DNA of 52,774 nt, taken from IMG/VR virus record IMGVR_UViG_3300012942_000057, positions 1 to 52,774 of that record. The stretch is one strand, 5' to 3'. Below the pieces are notes generated by a model. It saw only the letters and a program-made list of their open reading frames with translations, had not been told where the DNA came from and did not search any database. The DNA comes from a virus. Taxonomy: Duplodnaviria; Caudoviricetes. Below, piece after piece: positions 16,861 through 25,872 of this stretch; position 1 is the stretch's first letter, and every line of letters begins with the position of its first letter. Both the position numbers and the translations under genes were made by a program.

Positions 16861-19302
16861 ATGCCGAAACCACGCAAGCGCAAAAACGCCAACGCCTTCG
16901 AGCAGCTCCTGGGCGTCCACGGCACCACCAGCGCGTTCGCCCAGGACGTGTTCACCAACGCCGCGGCGCGCACTGGCTATGGCACGCCATCGCTGGGGCA
17001 GGGCAGTGAGTACAGCCTCGTACGCTTGAGCTTCGATTATTGGCAGCTCATCACGCTGTTCCGCAACCACTGGATCAGCCGCCGCATCGTGGAGGTGCCG
17101 GCGCAGGACATGGTCAAGGCGTGGCCCAAGATGACCAGCGACGTGGAGCCCAAGGACCTCACGCGCATCGATCGCGCCCTGCGCAAGACCAATACCAAGA
17201 ACAACGTGCTCACCGGCCTGACATGGGGGCGCCTGTTCGGCGGCGCCGGCGGCCTCATCGTCATCGACGGCCAGGAGAACGAGCTCGACCAGCCGCTGGA
17301 CCTCGACTCCATCAAGATAGGCGCATACAAGGGAATCATCGCGTTCGACCGCTGGGCCGGGATCTCGCCTTCCGGAGACGTGTGCACGGACATCAACCGC
17401 CCGCTCGACTTCAACAAGCCAGAGATGTACGACTGCCGTGTCGCAGGAGGCGCGTCGTTCCAGGTCCACTCGTCTAGGCTGCTTCGGTTCCTCGGGCCGA
17501 CCGTACCCACTCCCGAAGTGGAGGCCCAGTCCTACTGGGGCATCTCGGTGCTGGAGCCGACGTACGAGTCCATCACGCGGCTCGACAACATGTACTTCAA
17601 CCTGCTCAACCTGTCGTTCCGCGCCAACCTCATCGGAATGAAGTTCCCCGAGCTGGCGCAGCTGCTCTCCGGACTGGGTTCGTCGCAGATGGCGACGCAG
17701 AAGTTCGAGCAGCGCATGTCATCGCTCAACCACCTCATGTCCAACCAGTCGCTCATCCCGCTGCCGGCGGACGGCTCCATCGAGCAGACGCAGTACAGCT
17801 TCGGCGGCATGAGCGACGTGCTGCAGCTCTTCCAGCTCGACCTGTCCGGCGCGGCGCAGATACCCATCACCCGCTTGTTCGGCCGCACGTACAATGGGCT
17901 TGGACAGGCGGGCGACGGCGACGAGCGCATCTACGAGGAGAAGATCTCCACCGACCAGTCGACCTACCTGTTGCCGCAGCTCGAGAAGCTCTACCCGGTG
18001 GTCTGTATGAGCGAGCTGGGCGAGGTGCCGGACGACCTCGACCTCGCCTGCCCCTCCATCCGCGTGCTGTCGGAGCAAGAGAAGTCGGACCTGGCCAAGA
18101 GCGTCGCCGACACCACCACCGTGTACCTCAACGGCGGCATCATGTCGCCGCGCAGGGTTGCCATGGAGGTCAAGCGTAATAGCGACGTTACAGGCATCGG
18201 CGCCACATTGGACGACGAGTACATACAAAAGCTCAGCGACGACGTCCAATCCGAGGGGGAGCTCGGCGAGGGCCTGTTCGGCGGGGAGGGCGGCGGTCTC
18301 AACGAGGCGTCGTCGCCGGCCAAGGCCATCAAGGGGGAGAACGAGAAGGAGAAGGAGAAGCAGGACGAGCCGGGCAAGGAAGACCCCAAGAAGGGCCTGG
18401 CCGAGAAGGCCGGCAAGGCCCAGGACGCCGCCCCGGCCATGGACGCGCTGCCGTCCGGGCTCGCCGTGGGGGAGTCGGTGCTCGTCGGGGGCCGGATGCT
18501 CGCCGTGAGGGCCATCGGGCCCGCCGTGGAGGACCTGGATGGCCGGGAGGCCGTTCCGGTGAGCTTCGACGACGGCTCCGTGGTGGCGTACGCGCCAGAC
18601 CGCAATAGGGCGGGCGATTCCTACACCGTGCGCGACTCGCTGAAGAGCCTTCTGCGCCGGCATATGACCGGCAAGGAGGGCAAGTCCAAGCGTGAGTTCT
18701 TCGACGAATGCGTTGAGTTCCTCTCCACCAGTGTCGCGAAAAGCAGCGCGGCGTATGCGGAGGTGGAACGCATGGACTCAGCCCTAACTCTCGGCCGGTT
18801 GTGCGAAAACGTGCGCACCGAGCTGAAGAAGGGACGTGCCACCGACGAGGACGGCGCCTCCAGCGTCACCCGCCGCGCCGCGGAGCTCATGGAGTACCAT
18901 GCGCTGCCGGTTCGGATCGAGAGCAGGCAGGGCGACGTCCGCGCCGGGACCACGCCGGACGGCCGGTCGTGGCGGACCGTCATGCCAGCCGATTACGGCT
19001 TCATTGACATGGGAATCAACGGCAGCGACGGAGATTCAATCGACTGCTATGTCGGCACGTCGCCGGAATCGAACAACGTCTACGTCGTCGACCAGTATGA
19101 CCTGGACGGCAAGCAGTTCGACGAGCACAAGGTGATGCTTGGCTATCATACGCGGGAGACCGCGGTGGAGGACTACATGCTGGGCCACCACCTGTCCGAC
19201 AAGACGTTCGCCGCCGTCACCCCGTTCACGATGCCGGTGTTCAGGAAGTGGCTGAGGACGCACGACATGACCCTGCCGTGCGACGCGGAAGTGGGCCGCT
19301 GA
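16861..19302 (+). CDS. portal protein (DUF1073-type) fused to a C-terminal inorganic-pyrophosphatase-like domain
   Basis: WISRRIVEVPAQDM, WGRLFGG, VHSSRLLRF, WGISVL, IPITRLFG; C-terminal DYGFI...DGDSIDCYVG...DEHKVMLGY. Confidence 0.9.
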   Translation: MPKPRKRKNANAFEQLLGVHGTTSAFAQDVFTNAAARTGYGTPSLGQGSEYSLVRLSFDYWQLITLFRNHWISRRIVEVPAQDMVKAWPKMTSDVEPKDLTRIDRALRKTNTKNNVLTGLTWGRLFGGAGGLIVIDGQENELDQPLDLDSIKIGAYKGIIAFDRWAGISPSGDVCTDINRPLDFNKPEMYDCRVAGGASFQVHSSRLLRFLGPTVPTPEVEAQSYWGISVLEPTYESITRLDNMYFNLLNLSFRANLIGMKFPELAQLLSGLGSSQMATQKFEQRMSSLNHLMSNQSLIPLPADGSIEQTQYSFGGMSDVLQLFQLDLSGAAQIPITRLFGRTYNGLGQAGDGDERIYEEKISTDQSTYLLPQLEKLYPVVCMSELGEVPDDLDLACPSIRVLSEQEKSDLAKSVADTTTVYLNGGIMSPRRVAMEVKRNSDVTGIGATLDDEYIQKLSDDVQSEGELGEGLFGGEGGGLNEASSPAKAIKGENEKEKEKQDEPGKEDPKKGLAEKAGKAQDAAPAMDALPSGLAVGESVLVGGRMLAVRAIGPAVEDLDGREAVPVSFDDGSVVAYAPDRNRAGDSYTVRDSLKSLLRRHMTGKEGKSKREFFDECVEFLSTSVAKSSAAYAEVERMDSALTLGRLCENVRTELKKGRATDEDGASSVTRRAAELMEYHALPVRIESRQGDVRAGTTPDGRSWRTVMPADYGFIDMGINGSDGDSIDCYVGTSPESNNVYVVDQYDLDGKQFDEHKVMLGYHTRETAVEDYMLGHHLSDKTFAAVTPFTMPVFRKWLRTHDMTLPCDAEVGR

Positions 19303-19532
19303 TGGCCGCCACTTTCGTAGCCATCGCCGCCGCATTCGGTCAGATACACCTTGTGGGCGTGGGTTCCGTGTTCCTGCTGCCCGCGCAGCCGCTGGCCGGC
19401 AGCCTGCTGCTGTTCCTCAACGGCCTGTTCATGACCACCGGCGTCGACTACACGCTCGTCAACGACAAAGTCACGCTCATCCACAAGGAGCTGACCGCGA
19501 AAGACGTGCTGACCGCGTACTACCTGCATTGA
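19302..19532 (+). CDS. small protein consisting of one NGxxxxxGxDY beta module
   Basis: LFLNGLFMTTGVDYTL; same module in three other structural genes. Confidence 0.7.
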   Translation: MAATFVAIAAAFGQIHLVGVGSVFLLPAQPLAGSLLLFLNGLFMTTGVDYTLVNDKVTLIHKELTAKDVLTAYYLH

Positions 19533-19551
19533 TCGAAAGGTTGACACCGCC

Positions 19552-19737
19552 ATGGAGCGATTCAGCATGCAAGAGCGCGCGCGGCTGTTCGAGCATTACA
19601 TGAGCATGGATCCGACGCAGGCCGCCGACCGTCGCTTTATGGAGGGAAGGTGCATGAGCATGGCCCAGAACCTGTTCGTGGAGGCGCAGCACCTTGAGCT
19701 GCTGAGCGCGCGCCTGCGGGAGGGCGAGCGTGGCTAA
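19552..19737 (+). CDS. hypothetical protein
   Basis: ORF coupled to the next gene. Confidence 0.55.
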   Translation: MERFSMQERARLFEHYMSMDPTQAADRRFMEGRCMSMAQNLFVEAQHLELLSARLREGERG

Positions 19738-20029
19738 ACTATGCGAATACGTCAACGAAGGCGAACGAAGGTTGTTCGTGTTCCATTGCCCTGGCTGCGG
19801 TTACGACCATCCGTTCCACGTCGGTTACACGGAGAGGCCCTCTTGGTCCTGGAACGGCGACATGGACAAGCCCACGTTCAGTCCTTCTCTTTTGGTTTTC
19901 AAGGACGTGCCTGCGCGGCGCTGCCACTCGTTCGTCGCCGACGGCAGTATTCAATTTCTTTCCGATTGCTTTCATGAACTGAAGAATCAAACTGTGGAGA
20001 TACCGGAATGGGACGATCCTACCTGGTGA
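19730..20029 (+). CDS. DUF6527-like Cys/His metal-binding protein
   Basis: CPGCG..H, WSWNG..KPTFSPSL, CHSFV.DG.IQFLSDC.H. Confidence 0.7.
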   Translation: MAKLCEYVNEGERRLFVFHCPGCGYDHPFHVGYTERPSWSWNGDMDKPTFSPSLLVFKDVPARRCHSFVADGSIQFLSDCFHELKNQTVEIPEWDDPTW

Positions 20030-20132
20030 AATTTTACTGGCGCAAGCGTCCAGCATTCAGACTCGGACTAATGCTTAGAAAAGACGGCTTGCTTGTCGAC
20101 TTCGGCTGGCGGTACTTTGCATTGGTGCTGCC

Positions 20133-21170
20133 GTGAAGCGCGTGGTGCAGACCCGCACCGGCGACGACGGCAACTGCCTCAACGCGTGCATCGCGTCAAT
20201 CCTGGAACTGCCGTTGAAGGCGGTGCCGGAGTTCGGAGAGGATTGGCAGGGGGACCTGAACGACTTCCTGGCGACCAAGGGACTGCGCTACCGCCGCGTC
20301 CCCATGCACTCGAGGCCGTCCGGCTGGAGCACCATAGAGGGCGTATCGCCGCGCGGAGGACTGCACGCGTGCGTGGCTCTGGACGGCGAGCTGGCGTGGG
20401 ACCCGCATCCAATCGAGGACGGCACTGGTCAAGGTTTGGTCGAGCCGCGCTATTACGGGTTGCTGGAGCCGTTGAGCGGCAGGGCGGGGGATGCCAATCA
20501 ACCTTTGGCAGAAGTCCGCGGAATCATACGTGGTTGGTCATTCGCAGACGCTACCGGCGTGCAAAGAAGGCTTACAAAGGCCGAAGATTTTGTGCGCATA
20601 GCAGATCTATCTACGCGGCAAAAGAAGGCTGTAGAAGATCTACTACGCCCACTGCGATCTGCCCTGGAAGAAATGGAAGCCGACGGGCAGTTTCCGAAGA
20701 AAGCCACCGACCGCGCCGACATGCGGCAGCTTCGTGCCAAGACTGAGCAGCAGGGCGGCCCGTTCTTCATGCAAGAGACCACCAAGTCCGGCGCGGAGCG
20801 CACCATTCCGGTGCGAGAGCTGGCCAAGGGCGCCGACGCATACGACGGCCCTCTGATTGATACAAAAGCCGGGCGGCGCAACTTCTTAATGCCTCTGGCC
20901 AAAGGCGCGGATTCCAAAACTTCGGAGGTCGTCTTGCTGCTGCTGGCCATCTACGCGTGGTACAAGAGCCGGGAGAAACCGCCGCTACCCACGTACGACC
21001 TGGCCAAGTACGCGCCCAAGAAGCGCGCGCTCGACGCGCCCATCGACCGCTGGCGCATGTCCGACATACTGGACGCGCTCGGCATCGACATCAAGGAATA
21101 CATGCGCCGCACCGAGCCGCAAAAGAAAGCGCTGCTGAAAACTGCGCTGGAGAAACTCAGTTCGAAGTGA
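20133..21170 (+). CDS. modular protein: N-terminal C39/papain-like peptidase-like domain plus small modules
   Basis: Q...GNCLNACIAS, HACV, WDP; then RAGD/KATD/KGAD/KGAD/RALD-delimited segments. Confidence 0.7.
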   Translation: MKRVVQTRTGDDGNCLNACIASILELPLKAVPEFGEDWQGDLNDFLATKGLRYRRVPMHSRPSGWSTIEGVSPRGGLHACVALDGELAWDPHPIEDGTGQGLVEPRYYGLLEPLSGRAGDANQPLAEVRGIIRGWSFADATGVQRRLTKAEDFVRIADLSTRQKKAVEDLLRPLRSALEEMEADGQFPKKATDRADMRQLRAKTEQQGGPFFMQETTKSGAERTIPVRELAKGADAYDGPLIDTKAGRRNFLMPLAKGADSKTSEVVLLLLAIYAWYKSREKPPLPTYDLAKYAPKKRALDAPIDRWRMSDILDALGIDIKEYMRRTEPQKKALLKTALEKLSSK

Positions 21171-21231
21171 CACGCCACCACAAACAACCGCGCGTTGCAG
21201 GTCTAGGCAGCGCACCATCAAGGAGCTAACA

Positions 21232-21369
21232 ATGACAATCTCGTTCATCTTCCTCGTACTGGCCTTCCTCTGCTTCATCGCCGCGGCCGTGAACCCGCCG
21301 TGGCCGCGCGTCAACCTCATCGGGCTTGGGCTGGCGTTCTGGGTGCTTACGCTGCTCATCCACGCATGA
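21232..21369 (+). CDS. 45-aa two-TM protein, probable holin
   Basis: Not in the ORF track; AAGGAG RBS; MTISFIFLVLAFLCFIAAAVNPPWPRVNLIGLGLAFWVLTLLIHA; overlaps the endolysin start. Confidence 0.65.
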   Translation: MTISFIFLVLAFLCFIAAAVNPPWPRVNLIGLGLAFWVLTLLIHA

Positions 21370-21854
21370 CAGCGTTGCAGAAATTCCTAGCACTCATCGC
21401 ATGGTCGGAAGGAACAGCCACCAGCCCTATAACAGCCAACGATGGCTACGACGTCATCGTCAGCGGGCTGGGCGGCCCAGAAGTGTTCACCGACTACGCC
21501 GACCATCCGTTTGCCAATCGGACGCCGAAGCTCGTGCGGGCCGAACCGCCGCTGTATTCCACCGCCTCTGGCCGGTACCAGCTGCTCTACCGCTACTGGC
21601 ATGTCTACAAGGCGCAGCTGCACCTGTCGGACTTCTCGCCCGCATCGCAAGACGCCGTCGCTCTGCAGCAGATGAAGGAACGCGGTGCCGTGGATATGGT
21701 TTCTGTAGGCAATATTGCCAACGCTATTCATGCGTGCTCCAACATCTGGGCCAGCTTCCCCGGCAACGACTACGGACAGAACGCCCACCCGCTAGAGAAG
21801 TTGCTGGCGCGGTGGGAAGCGATCGACACAACACCGACGCAATTAGAAGCATGA
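21366..21854 (+). CDS. endolysin, lambda R-like lytic transglycosylase
   Basis: FLALIAWSEGT, GYDVIV, DHP, STASGRYQLL, DFSPASQD, IWASFPG. Confidence 0.93.
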   Translation: MTALQKFLALIAWSEGTATSPITANDGYDVIVSGLGGPEVFTDYADHPFANRTPKLVRAEPPLYSTASGRYQLLYRYWHVYKAQLHLSDFSPASQDAVALQQMKERGAVDMVSVGNIANAIHACSNIWASFPGNDYGQNAHPLEKLLARWEAIDTTPTQLEA

Positions 21855-21908
21855 ACGCACCAAGCGGCTGGAAGCCTCGAAGGCCGCATCTAAGCAAGGA
21901 GTACCACA

Positions 21909-22220
21909 ATGGCATCAGGATCATTCGCAGTAACGGCGGCGCAGGGCACCAGTTTTGGATTCGCATCCACCAACGTGGCAATCCCGGGCGGTGGCACCAC
22001 CGGGGTGCTTCGCGTGGCGAACCTCGGGCCATGCCACATCACCGTGAAGCTAGGCGACGGCACCACCACGGTTTCGCAGGCGACCGGGCTGACCATCCTG
22101 GCCGGGCAGACGGAGTGGCTCACCATCGGCGCCGCCACCAACATCGCCGGAGTCGCGGCGGGCGGCCCGGGCAACTCATCCACCGTCAACCTGGCGGCGG
22201 GAACACTTACAGCAGCTTAA
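21909..22220 (+). CDS. small beta-rich structural protein
   Basis: AAGGAG RBS; G/A/T-rich, LRVANLG. Confidence 0.7.
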   Translation: MASGSFAVTAAQGTSFGFASTNVAIPGGGTTGVLRVANLGPCHITVKLGDGTTTVSQATGLTILAGQTEWLTIGAATNIAGVAAGGPGNSSTVNLAAGTLTAA

Positions 22221-22261
22221 TCCAGCGGGGGCCGAAACACCGCTGAGAAAGTAGGATAGTG

Positions 22262-24145
22262 ATGCCGCTCGAACCGGGCAAGAGTCAGAACGTCATATCG
22301 CGCAACATCGCAGTCGAGCGGCACCACGGCAAGCCCGAGAAGCAGGCCATCGCCATCGCGGAGTCCAACGCGCGGAGGACGGGCGACACTGGCAATCTAG
22401 ACGCCCAGCTCGCTAAGGCAAAACGCAATTTAGCTCTGGCCGAGACTCATAAAGAAGAAGCCAAGTATAGGTCCGAAGTCGATGAGCTGCTGCACGCTAT
22501 GCGAAGCGCAAAGAAAACAGCAACAGACGACCTCGCGCCGGTCGGAGCCGAGGACCCGGAGCGCGCCGTCGCGCTGAAGAGGCACGAGGAAGGCCTCACC
22601 AAGTCGCAGGACAGGCGCAATGCGCGGGACGGCGTCAAGTGCCAGTGCGAATCCTCCGTCGGATGCGGCCACGGCGGCGGGCCGTGCGGCAACACCGCCA
22701 CGCGGGACGTGCCGACCATCTATGGCGGCTACAAGATGTGCCGGACCTGCGCCGAGGCGCTTCCGGCCGAGTACAAGAAGGGAAGCGACATGAAGCGTGC
22801 GCGCGACATACAGGGCAGCGAGATCCGCGAGAAGCTGGGAATCTCCGAGGCGGAGTGGGCGAAGCTGGACAAGTCGGCCCGGCAGGACAAGGCGCGTGAG
22901 GCGCTCCGGCGGGGCAAGGACGAGGTCATGCCGGTGGGGGACCTTGAACCGCGCGAGGAGCTCAGACAACTTAAAGAGGACCTAAAAAAGCGCGGGCACC
23001 TGACCAGTTACGAATCGCAGCGCAAGCGCGAATTGGAGGCGCAATTGAAGCGCTCCAAAGACGAACTCCCCACCGCCATAAAGACCAGCAACCTCGTGCC
23101 CATGCCGTCGGGCGAGCACAACGAGGTGAGCTACGCGCCGCGCCGCATCGCCGCGCGCGACCGTGGGCGCTTCAAGAAGGTGGGGGACTCCAAGGAGTTG
23201 CGCGAGCATATCGAGCGGTTGAAGAAGGAACCGCAATCTGCGATGCGCGATCGCCTCATCAAAACGGCCGAATTGGCGGTAAAGAAAGGCATTCCAAGAG
23301 ATGAGGCCGCGAGAGAGATTGCAAGGGCCACCGACGCCATAGCCAATCTGCCGCTGCAGACGTCCGGCTCCGAACCCGCCGACCACATGCAGCGCGCCAA
23401 CGAGTACGAGGTCGCGGGCGATCGCGCTCGTGCGCTGGACAGCTACCGCGCTGCTGCATCTGGCTACCGCAAGGCTAACGACCGAGCCAACGAGGCCAAG
23501 GCGCGCGATGGCGTCGAGGCTTGCCAGGCCAAGTTCTCCACTCAGTACCAGCACCCCGGCGCGGGCCGCGTCAAGGTGTGCGACTCCGCGGAGCAGGCCA
23601 TGCGCACCGCCGTCGAGCGCACAAGGGCTGGAGAATCTGTGTGCGTAGTCGGCAAGACGGTGAGGCCGGAAAGAAGTAGGGTGGGGGACAAGCTGGTGCA
23701 GTGTGCCGGGTGTGGCACGGTATTCACTACCAATGGCAAGGACATGCAGCGACACCTTGACAAGCATCCTAAGTGCGCAGCGCTGTACAAGAATGGCAAA
23801 GCTAAGGACGAACACGAAGGCTTCAAGAAGCTGGAAGGCAAGCTCAGCCACGAGAAGGGCGTCACCAACCCCGCCGCGCTGGCCGCGTCCATCGGGCGCA
23901 AGAAGTACGGCGCGGAGGGCATGGCGAAGAAGTCCGCCTCCGCGAGGGACGACGGCCCCGATGAGGAGGCCGAAGCGCGCCTCGACGCCTATACGAAATT
24001 TAGGCATTCGCTCAACCGAATGAAGCCCAGTCCAGCCGAGCAAAGCAAATTGGACGCGCTTTGGAGGGCGTACAAAGAGGTCAAAGCGCGCGTCAATCGG
24101 TTCGCGGTCCGCGCGCGCGACGGCAAGGAGGTCCGACCCGTATGA
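22262..24145 (+). CDS. mosaic polyprotein-like protein, putative processed internal head protein
   Basis: Starts with the small-phage-protein-like MPLEPGKSQNVISRNI...QAIAIA; two Zn-finger modules; FKKL...ALAASIGRKKYG module; many xxD junctions. Confidence 0.75.
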   Translation: MPLEPGKSQNVISRNIAVERHHGKPEKQAIAIAESNARRTGDTGNLDAQLAKAKRNLALAETHKEEAKYRSEVDELLHAMRSAKKTATDDLAPVGAEDPERAVALKRHEEGLTKSQDRRNARDGVKCQCESSVGCGHGGGPCGNTATRDVPTIYGGYKMCRTCAEALPAEYKKGSDMKRARDIQGSEIREKLGISEAEWAKLDKSARQDKAREALRRGKDEVMPVGDLEPREELRQLKEDLKKRGHLTSYESQRKRELEAQLKRSKDELPTAIKTSNLVPMPSGEHNEVSYAPRRIAARDRGRFKKVGDSKELREHIERLKKEPQSAMRDRLIKTAELAVKKGIPRDEAAREIARATDAIANLPLQTSGSEPADHMQRANEYEVAGDRARALDSYRAAASGYRKANDRANEAKARDGVEACQAKFSTQYQHPGAGRVKVCDSAEQAMRTAVERTRAGESVCVVGKTVRPERSRVGDKLVQCAGCGTVFTTNGKDMQRHLDKHPKCAALYKNGKAKDEHEGFKKLEGKLSHEKGVTNPAALAASIGRKKYGAEGMAKKSASARDDGPDEEAEARLDAYTKFRHSLNRMKPSPAEQSKLDALWRAYKEVKARVNRFAVRARDGKEVRPV

Positions 24146-25872
24146 CAGAGGAGGAACTGGAAATAATTCCGGCGACGCGGAGCCCGCACGGCTACCTGGC
24201 CAGCCAGCTGAGCGACAACATCTTCGAGAAGGACGACGGCACGCTCATCGTCGTGGGCTGCCCCATCGCCCGCACCGGCTGGCAGAAGTACGCCGTCAAG
24301 GACCTTCCGCAGGCGCGCGCCGACGCGCTGGGCGTGGACGTCTCCAACCCGGAGGCGTCCATCGACCTCTACCGGCCGGCCAAGGAGGTGTTCCACCCGG
24401 AGTTCCTCGCGTCGCTCAACGGGTGCACCATCACCGACGGACACCCGCCCGGCGGTGAGTTTGTTGATCCTAAGAACTTCAACAAGTACTCCCAAGGGCA
24501 TATCCAGAACGTGCGCAAGGGCACGGAGCCCATGGAGGACGGCGAGTGGCCCATCATCGCCGACCTGGTCATCAGCGCGGAACCGCTCATCGGCAAGGTG
24601 CGCAGCAAGGCGGCGCGGGAGATCAGCCTTGGTTACGACTTCAGCATCGACCGCGACGGCGACAAGATCATCCAGTGCTCCATGCTGGGCAACCACAACG
24701 CGGTGGTGCCAAAGGGCCGCGCCGGCCCGTCGGTCCGTATCGAGGACGCCATGCCAGAAGATCTGCAGGCATCTATCGCCTTGCCACCAAGTTTACCAAC
24801 AGAAGTCCAACCTGCGCCGTCGGCGGAAGTCATCGAAGCCATCGCGTATCCACCCATCATAGTGTCAATAACCAACAAGGAGAAGCGACCCGTGGCTCAA
24901 AAGAAAAACTGGCTTCGTTCTTTGATGGGAAAGCATCTTATCGAAATGGCGAGAGCCGCGGATGCTGACCCTGAGAAGATCATGGATGCGGCGGAGGAGA
25001 TGCACGCCGACGACGACGCGGAACCGCCGAAGAATACCGGCGCAAACGAGTTCAAATCAGAGGACAAGAAGAAGGGCAAAGACGGCGAGCTTCCGGAGGC
25101 GCTGAAAGAGCACGAGTTCAAGTCTGAGGACAAACGAGGCAAAGATCGCAGGTCCAAGGACGAGGATCCTGACGAAGACGAGGTGGAAGTGAGCGCAGAC
25201 CGCAAGAAGGCGCACGACGCGCTGGATCGCATCATGGACAAGCGCAAGGCCAAGGACGCCAAGGCCAAGGACGCCAACATCGACGCGCTGAAGACGCTCC
25301 TCGACGAGTTCCTCTCCGAGGAGGAGAAGGAGCCCGAGCATTCCGAAGACGAGGCCGCCGATCCCTCCGAACTGGAGGCCGTCCTGGCCGGCGAGGCGGA
25401 GGACGCGGAGGAGTGCCCTGAGTGCGGCGAAGTCGGCGAAGACTGCGCGTGCGCCGACGCCGAAGAAGAGGAAGTCGAGAGCGGCGAGGAAGTCCTGGAC
25501 GCGGAAGAGGGCGAAAGTCCCGATCCCGATTCGGACGATGACCAAGAAGACGTGGAGGACAAGCGCAAGGGCAAGGATCGCGCCCGCGCCGCCGACGCCG
25601 CCACCGCCGTGTTGCGCATGATCCGCCCGTTCGCCGCGCGCTCCAACGACAAGGCGTTCCAGGCCACGTTCAACCGCGCCCTGGACTCTGTCAAGAAGAC
25701 CAGCCGAGTGTCCAACGGCGGCTACGGCAAGTTTGCTTCCTCGGCGCGCGCCCGCGACAAGGCTCCGCGTAACCCCAACCCAGACCGTGCTCGTGCTGGT
25801 GACGGAGCCGGCAAGGATCCCATCAGCAAGATGCAGGAGTTCTACAACACTGCCCATAAAGGAGGCAAATAA
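24142..25872 (+). CDS. prohead protease (DUF2213-type) with C-terminal acidic scaffold
   Basis: CPIARTG.Q.Y, RPAKEVF, TITDGHP, EISLGY, NHNAVVPKGRAG; acidic tail; directly upstream of the capsid genes. Confidence 0.9.
   Translation: MTEEELEIIPATRSPHGYLASQLSDNIFEKDDGTLIVVGCPIARTGWQKYAVKDLPQARADALGVDVSNPEASIDLYRPAKEVFHPEFLASLNGCTITDGHPPGGEFVDPKNFNKYSQGHIQNVRKGTEPMEDGEWPIIADLVISAEPLIGKVRSKAAREISLGYDFSIDRDGDKIIQCSMLGNHNAVVPKGRAGPSVRIEDAMPEDLQASIALPPSLPTEVQPAPSAEVIEAIAYPPIIVSITNKEKRPVAQKKNWLRSLMGKHLIEMARAADADPEKIMDAAEEMHADDDAEPPKNTGANEFKSEDKKKGKDGELPEALKEHEFKSEDKRGKDRRSKDEDPDEDEVEVSADRKKAHDALDRIMDKRKAKDAKAKDANIDALKTLLDEFLSEEEKEPEHSEDEAADPSELEAVLAGEAEDAEECPECGEVGEDCACADAEEEEVESGEEVLDAEEGESPDPDSDDDQEDVEDKRKGKDRARAADAATAVLRMIRPFAARSNDKAFQATFNRALDSVKKTSRVSNGGYGKFASSARARDKAPRNPNPDRARAGDGAGKDPISKMQEFYNTAHKGGK
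24892..25872 (+). CDS. probable nested in-frame scaffolding protein
   Basis: AAGGAG at 24877 followed by an in-frame GTG at 24892, after the protease domain. Confidence 0.55.
   Translation: MAQKKNWLRSLMGKHLIEMARAADADPEKIMDAAEEMHADDDAEPPKNTGANEFKSEDKKKGKDGELPEALKEHEFKSEDKRGKDRRSKDEDPDEDEVEVSADRKKAHDALDRIMDKRKAKDAKAKDANIDALKTLLDEFLSEEEKEPEHSEDEAADPSELEAVLAGEAEDAEECPECGEVGEDCACADAEEEEVESGEEVLDAEEGESPDPDSDDDQEDVEDKRKGKDRARAADAATAVLRMIRPFAARSNDKAFQATFNRALDSVKKTSRVSNGGYGKFASSARARDKAPRNPNPDRARAGDGAGKDPISKMQEFYNTAHKGGK

Noticed and set aside
16861-19302. Anti-CBASS Acb1 label sometimes attached to DUF1073 portals
   Set aside because: No paired HxT 2H-phosphoesterase motifs; the C-terminal domain is pyrophosphatase-like
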